A stretch of DNA of 63,092 nt, filler included, from Lenisia limosa (Eukaryota > Protista > Breviatea), in NCBI GenBank assembly GCA_001655205.1. It is 9 parts of 9 records of this genome, joined end to end, with 100 filler letters (N's around TTAATTAATTAA, not from the genome) between each part and the next. Parts side by side here need not be neighbours in the genome. Positions count along the whole stretch, not along the records: positions 1 to 19,635 come from LPNZ01007552.1; positions 19,736 to 42,244 come from LPNZ01010460.1; 7 more parts are not named here. One strand, given 5' to 3'. This document shows, piece after piece, positions 12,210 through 24,239 of the stretch (the first letter of the stretch is position 1; each line of letters starts with the position of its first letter). The position numbers and the translations under genes were made by a program. The notes under the pieces are model-generated. The model was not told the DNA's origin and searched no databases. It saw only the letters and a list, made by a program, of their open reading frames with translations.

Positions 12210-15200
12210 ATGCGCTATTTTGAGTCATTATTGTGTTCGTTGTGCTTGTTTTTGGCGTTACTACAAGTATGTGAAGCATCCACCTCCGGTTAGTCAATAA
12301 TTTGTTTTCCCCAAATAGACTATTCTTCCTCTTGGTAGAATCTAAGTCTTCTATTGCCTCAAAATATTCCATTCCATTTATGAAATATATATCACATTGT
12401 AATTTGTTGAATACCTACTTCCCTGCTTGTACCACGTAACATTTCAGTTTGTGGATTTGGGAGGGTTGAATGCAGCGCCAGTCCAGGACTCTGTTGCCGC
12501 GAGGATCAATTCTGTCTTCCTTATGGAGGCTCTGTTCTATGTGCCTGTAAATCACCTCAAATCGGATGCTGTGGTGAATGCATGGATCCCTCGGTAGGTG
12601 ATTTCGTGGCTTTTCCGTTTGCATTCATTGCATTGTTGTTTATTCATTGTTACGCTGTTGTTTATGGAGTCCAGGACTTTTTGGCTGATCGTCAGAACTG
12701 TGGATCCTGTGGAAATACTTGTGTTGCAAATGAGGTCTGTGTAAAAGGAAGGTGAGAACACACTATTGGGCCCAGCGGGGCAATGATGAATCAATTTCAT
12801 AAGACACAATAGTTTTGTTTGATTTGAACCATCGTGATTTAAATTCTGTATTTTAGATGTTTCTGCCCCCATGATAAGTGTGGATGTAACGAAGGCCAGG
12901 TAGAGTGCTCCAACTCTTGTGCAGAGGTGGGTTTTAGATATGATGATTTACTTCATAGATCGGGACTGATAATTGCTACGCATGTGGAAACAAATGTCCC
13001 ACAGGTGCGACATGCTCTTCTGTTCTCAAAGCTTGCGGTGGGGGGTGTGGGGGGAAGAATGTCTCAAAATATCATTTTTCATTCATGTGTAGCGAAAAAT
13101 AATTCACATAATTTTGAATGAGATTTGACATTGAAGTCGACATTATCATTAACATTGTATAGTTTGCCCAACTGATGAAACCCTTTGCAAAGATAAGTGC
13201 TGTCATAAAGGTGAAACATGCATACATGGAACCTGTACCAAAACTACTTGCCCCTCCAAAACCCATGCATGCCCCCCATATGACACAACAACAACAACTT
13301 GCTGCCAAAGAGATGAGACTTGTGCTTTTGATTATAAATCCGAAGCCTTCAAATGCGGATGCGGCTTTGGAGAGGACAAGTAGGCAAATGAACTCTTTTC
13401 AGCATAGCATACTAAATGCAGATAAGTCCTTCTGAAATTAATTTTTTCAGGTGTGACAGCAAATGTGTTGATATTCTGTCAAATAGTCTTCACTGGTTTG
13501 AAGGTTCTATGTTAACCTTTTAGTGGCAAATGTGGAACAATCTGTGACAAGGACAAAGACTGTTCTTCAGGAAAATGTGTTCCCAGAAAGACAAGCTGTG
13601 GAGTGGAAGAGGTAAGCAAGTATAAATCTAATACGATGTAGCCCGAATGTATTGGAAGTGACGGGGAGGTGAAATGCTGTCGAAGCGATCAGATCTGCAG
13701 TAAATACGGACATGGGCATGCAAAGTGCACATGCCCTTTCCCCAAGGCGGAGTGTGGCAATAGATGTCTTCCTGGAAGTTACTTCCTCTACAGCCAGCAA
13801 CACTGGTTGGCTACGGCACGGTTTCACATTCATGCTCTCTAGCATATTTTACTTTACTACACACCATATCATATGATATAGCATTTAATAATTCAGTGGA
13901 TCGTGTTACAATCATTGTGGCCTTGGACAGTACTGTGAAGATGGTGTTTGCAAGGACCAAACAGAAGATTGTGTTCCCAAAGAGGTAAGTTCGATGTTGA
14001 TTTGACCCCTAGAATTTATACGATGATATGACCACTCGTGTTGGTATCAGTGAAAACAGTGGACTTGTGCATGGTGTTCTGAACATTAATATGAGAGTAA
14101 ACTTTGTCAAGGATGCCATGGTTACCTCCATTTTGGTCAATTCATTGGTAAGTAACCGACGATATGCCCCTTTGTTGGTTTTAAGATCGTCTTTGAGTTT
14201 GATCTGTTTCCTTTCATCTATTTTCTTGGGCATTTCCACTTTGATTGTCAATGACACTTTCAGGAGAATAACAAGTGCATGTATCCCGGAAAATTCTGGA
14301 CCGTTCGGTTTGCGCAGAGGGATTGCACCCATCGCTACTCCCTCGAGATCGATCTCAATGAAATGCTTGAGCATTGTCCCCTTGACTTGGTTCCAGCATC
14401 TGACGTGTACACCTACAGAGGTGAGCTGGGTTTTGGGTGTATTATATTACATAAGTTATAGCAATTATTACTTCTCAGGCATTCTTCAACTTACCAACCG
14501 AATTCGTTTGGCTGAGGGTGTCCATAGAGAAGTGGTATCAGACTTTAATTTTATGGTAGGCTAACTGAAGCTTCACTTTTGTTAAAAATTCTTCGAAAAA
14601 AACCATCTTTTGACATGAATCCAGATTATTATGCCAAAAAGAAGTGAAGTGTCCGTCTCAAATGTGGTGGTGACCAAGAAGTGCAAATCAGCAAATGTGA
14701 TGGTTGGGCAGAGACCACAGTTCAAATTCACACATTAATTCTGAAATACCCATTACACAATTCAATTTGACCGTCAAACGTTACGGAATTAGGTGTACCT
14801 GGTTGAGAAGTCATGGTCGTTTGAAACTGGCTATGCCACCCTCATTGTGGTAAGATCAACAAGGTGTTACCTCAATATAACTGGTGCTCTATTCCAAATC
14901 CCTTTCTTGAATCCAGACGAAAACGTTGAATTTATGATGTAGCGAACTGAAACTGACTCAAGCTTCCTCCTGTCGGCCCTGACGGTGTCTTCTCCTCCAA
15001 ATGTTCTTGTAAGCATCGTGTTCAATGAGAGATCCACTCAATTTTCCATTTTTGACATCTATCCGACAGTCAATAGAAGTTGATACATAATTCTGTAGAC
15101 TGAAATATTTGAAGACATTGGAAAACGGCAAAACTGTGACCAGGACCACGACTCCTCAAAACCCTGCATGCAGTTCTTTGTGTTGGTCCCCAATGTGTAA

Positions 15201-17012
15201 TCTGACTTTGTTAGAATGAAAGTCAACCCCGGAAAGGAATGCAGTTTCGGTGGGACCTACACCACGACCCACGCTCTACACTGCATCTTGAATTCCGACC
15301 TTGCATGCGAGACCTCAGAGACAGTAGAGACCTCATTGAAGGTAGCAATACCATTACTCCTATCACCTTCAGATCTTGAGCGACGATTCGCTATGCCACA
15401 CATTTGAAATTTATGGTCATGTGGATGCCCAACTTGTCCCAACAAATAACAGAACCGTCTATGTTAATGGAGAATTTGTTGAGTAAGCAGACTTATGATA
15501 TCTTCTGGGTAACGGAAGAAACCTTGAAAAGACATTCCCATTAACCCAACCCTTAGACTGGAGTTGACAGCTGTGTCCGAGGATCTTGACATTACTGGTA
15601 TTTCACTTATTGAAGTGTCCCTTGGTAGCCTGAGCGATGGTACGCTGCGTCCTCGATTGACCCATGATAATACTTCCATATATCAATGTTCCATGTACTG
15701 CCGAAACAAGTAATATTATCCAGGGTAGTACGAAATTATCCAATTTTTGACCATTCAGACTCGAAGCGCATTCTGTACCAGGTCACAAATGGCGGGGCGA
15801 CGACTTGTGCAAAGTCCAACGGTTGGATTGCTGTCTCGGTGAGAGGGAGGGCACAGCGGGGAGTAGGTGGCAGTGCATTCTGATAAAATGATACGTCTCA
15901 CTATCTAGGACGAGAGCCAGCCTGGAAGAATCGTTTTCGGCTACATGTACGGCAATTGACACCACTGCATCTCATTCATTTAGCATGTCAATTGGAACAG
16001 ACGAAAACTCAATTGTCCTTGACCATGATGGGCTTGATAACTCTTTCGAGTGCATTCTGTCAGTTTCGTTCAAGTAGGTTATCGGAATTATTGACTATAA
16101 TCAAACTTTTCTGGTAAATTTATGAATTTTCAATTTTGCATTGTGTTGGTCCCAACTTGACCACTAGGCCAACGTATCGTTACCTCAGTGACGTGGAACT
16201 TGAAAGGGAAGTCATTCAGCGAACCCTGTCCCTCAGCTCGAAACAAGATGTCTTGGTATGTTCCAATCCTAATAACCGATTGTTGCCATTGCTGTGAACG
16301 AAAATTAACCACATACCTTTTCGCTCAACCATACAGAAGGAGGCAAGTGAGGGAGAAACACCCATGGGAGACCAGGTGTCGCTCATGTTCAAGAAATCGC
16401 CTAAAGTGAGCAAAGAATGTCACTTTCAGCACAAGTTGAAAGGATCAATCTCAACAGACAACAATAAATGAACTCCTAACACGCACAGGACACATGCCCT
16501 GAAGACTGGCCCAACCCGTGCCAAGACGGCAAGAACCCGTGTAATGAGGCCCCGTACTTGGACTGTGTTTCAGTCGGCTGCTCAGGCTCTGTAAGTCGGA
16601 TCCCGAGGCATGCAGACGTGGGGCTTATGATGTTTGATGGTCAAATTCAAAAGATGAACACCAAACAACATTTTTAGAGCTACAACATGCCAGTTGGCAA
16701 ATAACGCCATATCAGGTCACATGTCAGATGTGCACCCATGGTTTCAACGAGAACCATACCAAGTGCCAAGATTCTGTACCGGAGGCTGATGATGACTCTG
16801 ACTCCGGAAGTTCATGGTTGGCTGCCTTTCTCTCTCTGTCAAAAATAGAATATTTGATTAATTACAGGCCATTCTTCGTCATGGCCGCGGCTGGGCTAAG
16901 CCTCGGAGGGATCTGCGCTGTCTGCATTGCTAAAAAGAGACGGAAAAACACCTATCACGATTACCAAAGGACAAAGTTGGCATTCCCCTTCTCCTTTTTG
17001 CTTAGAGTGTAG
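12210..17012 (+). CDS. Cys-rich secreted/type I membrane protein with Stig1-like repeats
   Basis: Signal peptide MRYFESLLCSLCLFLALLQVCEA. Cys-rich exons such as LADRQNCGSCGNTCVANEVCVKG (Stig1-type D-x-x-NCG-x-CG-x-x-C), TDNCYACGNKCPTGATC and DTCPEDWPNPCQDGKNPC. C-terminal TM FFVMAAAGLSLGGICAVCIA followed by basic KKRRK. Could be two genes. Confidence 0.65.
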
Positions 17013-17249
17013 TTTCAGCAGTTTGGAGGAGAGTGGCCATGTTGACTCTGCCTTTGACAGCACCTAGTTATTCGTCTTGCATGATCAATTATGACACAAT
17101 ATTTCTCTAATTATAATGTACAATTTGGAATGAACCCTTGAGAATGGTCATATGTGAAGCATCACATGTCTCATCATCTTTTCCTTTCTGGGGTATGTAA
17201 TAAGCAATTAAAAAAAATAAAAAACAAGGACATAGCAAATAGTGATACA

Positions 17250-19635
17250 TAAATCAAAGAATTTAGTCTTCTTGCCAAAGTGCAGCAACATAAGCTCCAT
17301 CAGAATCCAGGCATGGGGTCTAAGGTGTGAGAAGGTCTACGGGTCAAAACAGACAAAAACTTATGGACATTGAATAAGGCTTGTAAATTGCCTCCATACC
17401 AGAAGCTCCAAAAAGAATGCGGAATAATATAAGAATCAGTTTCCCTCATACAACAGAAGAAGACGAGCGAAGAATGCAGTCACCACTGTTGTTGGCCTGG
17501 CCTGAAGGGTCATTAGGAGACCATACACAATATGTGGTGATGTAAACGGCTGCAATATTTTCACCTTTTTTATTTTCCATTTTTCCGAAACGTTCAAGCT
17601 ACCAGGTTTTTTTTTAAAAAAGTATTATTTCTCTTTTTTTTTTTATTATTATCAAAAACTGACTGAAGACGTTAGGTCGTTCAAGACCCATAATGGAATA
17701 CAGTCCAAAAGGGAAGGACTGGCTTTTTCAATCGAGAGGTCCCCACCAAAAAACACTTGGGTTGCGGAACCATTCTTCGTCGACCCCGAAACGTAAACTG
17801 CAATATGAGAGGAAAAGATCTTCGCACAAAAATAATACATTCATAGTGATGAGGGAAGTAGTTGATTAGCTGCACTCAAGTGATCCAAGATAGGTGAGAA
17901 ATAAGCTCTATTGACACTGCGAACAAACCTGACGAAGGATCATAAACGCACATAAACTTGGGAGTAAAGAACCCGCCTGATCTTCTTCTACAAAGAATAA
18001 AAAAAACACAATCACCCGCTTACCCAAAGTAAAACTGAAAACTGCCTGTTTGATAAGGGGTGAAGTTGCCCTCCAACTAAACTGTCAGAAATATCAAGAG
18101 ACAAAAGGGACTCCCTTTGTACCTCAAANNNNNNNNNNNNNNNNNNNNNNNNNNNNNNNNNNNNNNNNNNNNNNNNNNNNNNNNNNNNNNNNNNNNNNNN
18201 NNNNNNNNNNNNNNNNNNNNNNNNNNNNNNNNNNNNNNNNNNNNNNNNNNNNNNNNNNNNNNNNNNNNNNTGGGAGACCACTCAACGCATCAGGGATAGT
18301 TTGGGGGACTGACACGTTGAAGATGTCGTTGGAAATAAAGACACCTATGAAGATCACATTTCCTTCGACAATAATAGTTTACACATGTGAAAATGGTTTG
18401 ATTATATATGACAAAGTCGAGTCGAAATGATGAACGAAGATAATAAGAGAGTTCATCCCGAGTGTATCAGAGTGTCATTGAGACTGTCGGTCAATTATCG
18501 CAATGTAGAGATGAGGTATCAAATCACTGCATGGAAAATAGTAGTTTCGTGAGAAAATGGCCCAAGAAGTGATACGATACAATAGCACACATAATATTAT
18601 AATACATTGCTGCAGAGGTAAATTGGGACTTATCACACGAGTGGTACTACTATGAAATGATAATTCCATGAGTAAAATGACCCCAAAGTGATATGATCAG
18701 TAACAGTGATAACAAAGAAAGGCCACTCAAACCGTTGAAAGAGAAACGTGTTTTTGAAAGCTCAGTGTTGTAGTAAGGGTAGTTGATATCGAGATCTTCA
18801 CCCGGGCTGCCGAAGACAGTGCCGGTTTCCCATACATTCTCCGGGATACCATGTTGTTTGAGGGGAAGCGAAATGACCCTGTTAGTAAATGATAACAATT
18901 ACAATATCACTGAATGAATTCATATCATCACGTTGCACAGATTTCGCAATGTACGATATAATACCACATTCGCCAAAACCCAAGATTCTTGATAGATCCC
19001 AAATGGTGTGAATTTTCTCCCCTTCCAAGAAGAGCACACAAACCTGAGCATTGGGGGGTTGAAGTCGAAGTTACAAGTTCCGTAAAAGGTTACCTGAAGT
19101 ATAAGATACCACAAGGTTGTCTCTAGAGTACACTTGATTCAATATCTGGAAGCTATCTGCCTGGTGGTCATTTCATAATTAGAACTGCAGTCATACGCCC
19201 GCCCACTGAATTTTTGATGAGCTTGATTTGGGCAACTCCAGAAGAGATCGAAAGCAAATCACCCGCTTGTGAACATGCTAGAGGGATATAACAGTTGTCT
19301 GGATTTACAGATAATGACAACTCATGATTGACTATCACCGCCCTTGTCTATTTTTGAATTTTTGATACAACACCAGTCCCCCCACCCCTCCCCACATTCG
19401 TACGCCCTCAGCTCAAAAATCTAAATCTGTGAAGAGAAGAATAAACAATACCAGCAGAAGAGAGGAGAAGCCATATGTAGGGTTAAATGTAAACCTCCGA
19501 GCGGATGGAGTATCTACCTTATGCCTCTCTCGCTCACTTTTTGGCATAATAGTGTATAATAATATATGGAGGTAATTATCATGGGTCATTCGAGGACATT
19601 GAGAAGGATGCTTACCTTTTCAAGAGACACGCCAT
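17250..19635 (-). CDS. Multi-exon hypothetical protein (5' end may lie in the gap)
   Basis: Exon-like segments LSVNPDNCYIPLACSQAGDLLSISSG, VISLPLKQHGIPENVWETGTVFGSPGEDLDINYPYYN, SGGFFTPKFMCVYDPSS and VYITTYCVWSPNDPSGQANNSGDCILR; GT-AG flanks. Frames not fully reconciled. Confidence 0.4.
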
Positions 19636-19735
19636 NNNNNNNNNNNNNNNNNNNNNNNNNNNNNNNNNNNNNNNNNNNNTTAATTAATTAANNNNNNNNN
19701 NNNNNNNNNNNNNNNNNNNNNNNNNNNNNNNNNNN
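19636..19735. other. Artificial 100-bp assembly spacer N44-TTAATTAATTAA-N44 (also at 42245, 43721, 48867, 51863, 53645, 56817, 61090)
   Basis: An identical six-frame-stop linker centred in exactly 100 bp, seen eight times. Confidence 0.97.
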
Positions 19736-19847
19736 TTGTTTACATTGATAACCCTAGGTTGATATCTTCTTACTTTGGTGGGGAGGGGTAAAGAAGAGAC
19801 TGAATTAGGGAGGGAGGGGGGGACGTGGACGTTACTCCTTATATATG

Positions 19848-19989
19848 CTGGGGAGGCACGAGGAAAGCTGTGTACACAGAGTTTTAAGGCAAATGATTGG
19901 GTGAATTAATATTATACTATAATTCAATACATCTTATAAGCGTGATGGTGGCTTCGGATACAACCTTGTTTTTTTATCTCATTGCTATA
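19848..19989 (+). repeat. Dispersed repeat family B (about 145 bp, no TIR), near-full copy
   Basis: ctggggaggcacg..gaaagctgtgtacacagag..gcaaatgattgggtgaattaat..cttataagcgtgatggt..ggcttcgg..atacaaccttgtttttt..ctcattgcta. Other copies at about 1606-1730, 4750-4800, 8470-8565, 8990-9060, 20550-20610, 22103-22165, 22571-22687, 24717-24880, 25585-25670, 26310-26360, 39385-39475 and 43040-43092. Confidence 0.85.
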
Positions 19990-20081
19990 TAGTTATATAT
20001 ACTATATCCGATATAGCGTAATATATGATAGATACAATAATACAATACAATGGTCCATTTTATAGAAGCTAATACGTTCAG

Positions 20082-23000
20082 GTTTGCAGTCGTTTCGTCA
20101 AAGAAGCAGCGGAGAAAGGAGTAAAGTTCCTGTGTCTCCCTGAAGCGTGGGGGTGTGGGTGTAGAGTGAGTTATACCGGGGTGTGGGTGTAGAGTGAATT
20201 ATACCGGGGTGTGGGTGTAGAGGAAAGAAAATTGTTTATATATCTATTGTCATCAAAAAATACACCTTACTCCTCTTCACCAGTTCTCGGAGCTTTGTTG
20301 TTTTTTTACAGTAACATTCTATTGAAACTTGGGTCAAAATGACAGCAGATTGATAGATAGTTGTCACATTACCCTTTCTTCTCACCTCTTCAGATGCGAC
20401 TATATTTCGACCAGTGTCACTGAGGCCTATGAGGTGGGTCCTTTTAGAGAGTTAAGGATCACCAGAGTTCCAACTTCCTTTTTTTTGACATTTCAATACA
20501 ATTATAAGTCTGCCCTCTTTGTCCTTCTAACATCACTAATAATAATCCCTTGTAAGCGTGATGGAGTGGACGGCTTCGGTCAGATGCAACCTTATATTTT
20601 ATTTTTCATTGGGATATATACTACTATAAGAAATTCATAAGCTGAGGGGGAAAACAAGGTAACCCTAAGATGAATATTTCACAATTAGGGTTTCCCTACG
20701 ATCATATCATTAGGGCTTCTATTTCATATACTACATGTACATAATTATATAATACATACATATATACATATATATATGATATTATATTACTACATATACT
20801 ATACATATCGATATACTCTATGATCCTCTCATAAATGAAAGATAAAGCCAATTCGTTTTAATATGCTTTTTTCAATGTGATAGAAAGTACGGCTTAAGTC
20901 AGGTGCTTCCTGGCTACTTCTCTTTTTTACCGAATCTCTCGATAAATCCTCGATAAATATCAATATTTATAAGGTCTTTTTTGGACCGTAGGGTAGTCCC
21001 ATTTACAATAGATATCGTTTACATTTGGAGTATCAATCATCTCAAAATCCATAATAATACATGTGAATAAAAGTATTGTAAATAGGAGTGAAATTTTCTC
21101 TTTTCAGAGATAGCTGGAGATGCAAAATGGTTGTGTGACTTTGCAGCTGAGTGACAGCCTCCAAGGCCCCTTAGTCAGCTACTTTCGCGATCTGGCGAAG
21201 CAACATCAAATGTGGATCTCATTGGTTGGTATGACACTTTTGGTTCCAAAAAAGGCTGAATTCTCTTTAAAACCTCGAGAAATATCGATATTTTGTGAGT
21301 GTTTGAGAACCCAAAGAATCCTCAGTCGGATTTTTGGGTATAAAGTCGGTTTTGATTTGTACTCTCTATAATTATTTTGGTGAAATTTGTTGATGTTTGA
21401 AATTGAAGTCGAAAATGAAGTTCTCGCTGCAGTACCAATATTGATGAATGTCACTATTATGTTAGTGGATTCGGCCTCTTGTTATTTGCCATCTTTATAT
21501 AGATGTAGAGATGACAAATAATAAGAAGTAACATATTATTTAAAGAAGTTATTTTTTTAATATAACAATCCAGGGAGGGATACATGAAAGAGTTGAAGCC
21601 GAAAAGAAGATTACCAATACTCATGTCATTATTGATGAGAAGGTACGACCAGTATAACAGGATATAGTACATAGAGATAAGATCAATATGATATATACTT
21701 GGAGTTTCATTAATATTAAGCATCTTGTAGAAGGCAAGGGGAATCACAGTTTTATGCCTTCTTCGCCATATCTGGATCATGGACTGGTATTATATGCTAT
21801 ATCATATAGAGATGAGAAATAAACAAGGTTTTATATGGTATAATAAAGAGCTAGTTTTATGAGAAAGTTGTTTTGTTTGAGTACGAAGTAGTTGAATAAC
21901 GTTGTATTTTGGGTTAACTTTCAAGGGGGAGATTACCTCCACGTACCGCAAAATCCACTTGTTTGACGCTGAAGTGCCCAATGGGCCATCGCTCAAAGAA
22001 AGCAGCTCAACTATTGCTGGTAGGAGGGTGGGTATTTTGGGATTGAGTCGTTACCAACTTCTTTGACTTGTAAACAAGGGCTATTACCATTTGTCATTAT
22101 CTCTTATAAGCGTGATGGTGTGAACGGCTTCGACCAGATATAACCTTATTTTTATTTCTCATTACTAAATTAATTCATATCAATGAAAAAAACATCCTGC
22201 TTGAACTTGAAATGCATCAATATCTAACGGGGAAAAATTAACATTGCCAAGAACTACTTTTGACAACATAGGAACGCGGCTAGTTCTTGACCAATGTCCG
22301 ATTCTTGGCAATCTTGGCGTTACTACTTGCTATGGTTGGTTGGGGTACAATTTGATTAAGTTGTGTCTCTTTGATTTATCTTTTCAGATCTGCGCTTTCC
22401 TTATCTCTACACGGAATTAAGAAAGAAGGGAGCAGAAGTACGGGGGAATTTATTTCATAGTTCTAGGGCTTCACAGTTCACAAATAAACAATGAATTTAT
22501 CATAAATTCTCGATAAATATCGAAAGGGTCTTTCGTAACAAGGAACCCCTAAATGTGATACATCGGGGGTATTCTGGGGAGGCATGCAGAAAGCTGTGTG
22601 CACAAAGTTGTAATGGTGAATTAATTTATTCTTATTCAGCGTAATGGTAGCCAGATACAACCTTGTTTTTATTGCTCGCTTGCTATACTGTTTCATCGCT
22701 TGTCTCATTTTGTGACATACCTTTGTGAAAGTAGTCTCTCTTGATTAATCATAAATATTCACAATGGCATTGTGAAGCGATGTGGTAATTACAAATTGGC
22801 CAAAATCAACTCATTGATGAAAACACGAAAGGAAACTTCGATGAATATTGGGGTGGAAGTCTGACGTTCTATCACACTTGTTCCACTATCAATCACACAT
22901 GTTCCACTTTTAATAATTGCCAAGGTTCTTCTCGTACCGTCAGCGTTCACAGTGCCCACTGGGATGGCACATTGGGAGGTTCTTCTGAGGGCGCGCGCAG

Positions 23001-23812
23001 TGGAGAACCAAGTAGTAGGGCTGTCATATGTAGAGATGAGAAATATTTATTGGTAGTTTTTCGTGATTAAGATACATAATTATGTCATTAAAGTATTTCG
23101 AAGAAGTGCATAACATCTGATGTTGCTGTCATAGTTTTTCAAGACAATAGCGTTTTACGTTTTAGTGCTTTGTTATCGCAGCTGCCCAGGTGGGGGGGGG
23201 GGTTAATACAGAGAGATCAAATAAAATTATACACGACTTTTGAAANNNNNNNNNNNNNNNNNNNNNNNNNNNNNNNNNNNNNNNNNNNNNNNCCTTTGTC
23301 CATCCTGTGGTCTTTTGTAACACTCTTTCAAATTGCTAATTGTTTGCGAATTGATTGTTGTTTACACTCTAAAAAGAGTAAATGAACTAATCTATCCCGC
23401 AGGTTGGAGAGCACAACAGCAAAAGGACATCATATGGACACTCGATGGTGATAGACGGATGGGGCACTATCTTGGCGGAAGGCGATGGACAAAGCGAACA
23501 GGTGTGCAATTGGGCATGCAGGGAATCCGCGTTTCCTCCTTGATGAAGCCCTGAATAGAATTTATCGTTTAGTTGTATAATGAAAGTGCCGAAATCAATT
23601 TCCAATGATACCGCTATTGTTTTCCAAAAGAGTATCATATCATCAACGTCTTGCATTGAAATATCATCTATATTTACACAGCATTGGAGCCTGATCATAT
23701 TTAAATGACTTTTCAGCTGATTACGGCTGAAGTGGATGTGAAATCATTGGAGAAAATAAGAACCGGAATGTCCATATTGAACCACTTCCAAGAACAAATC
23801 AGAGAGACATGA
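20082..23812 (+). CDS. NIT1: Nitrilase-family deaminated glutathione amidase (NIT1-like); 5' exon(s) missing in the gap
   Basis: Spliced exons [22 protein letters not shown]; [23 protein letters not shown]; [26 protein letters not shown]; LGVTTCY|[17 protein letters not shown]; [28 protein letters not shown]|CFVIAAAQ|[15 protein letters not shown]; ...[12 protein letters not shown] catalytic triad intact. Confidence 0.93.
20150..20222 (+). repeat. 28-bp tandem repeat (about 2.6 copies) just after a 5' splice donor
   Basis: ggggtgtgggtgtagagtga(g/a)ttatacc at 20150 and 20178, partial at 20206. Confidence 0.9.
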
Positions 23813-24239
23813 CCTTCCAAGTGAATTATTTTTTGGTGTTGCGTATTTATTTATTCTTTTTGCGTTTCTTAGTCCAAAATGTATCCAAGCAAATCTAAAT
23901 TCCTTTTTGGTTTGCTCCATTTAAATAGGACTCCATGCAATTAATTCAAGAATATTGCAAAATTTGAAGGAGACAGACATACATCACGGACCTACTTTAT
24001 AATTATTATCTATAAAATTCTAATCAAGACGGCATTCTATCCTGAGCGACTATATTAGGTATTACAGTATTACGTTACAGGTTCTTAATTTTATTGTGTG
24101 TTTATTACGTATTTTAAAATATTTTATTGTTACACTTGGCAGAGACTCCATCATAAATACTGCAAGCTCATACACACCATAACATAAGAGTAATAGAAAA
24201 ATAATCGAGAAACAAACAGCAAACGTGAGTTGAGAAAAC

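Noticed and set aside
17465-17530. WSPNDPSGQANNSGDC as a C-type lectin EPN-like motif
   Set aside because: Other CTL cysteines and WIGL-like motifs were not found, so the gene is left as hypothetical.
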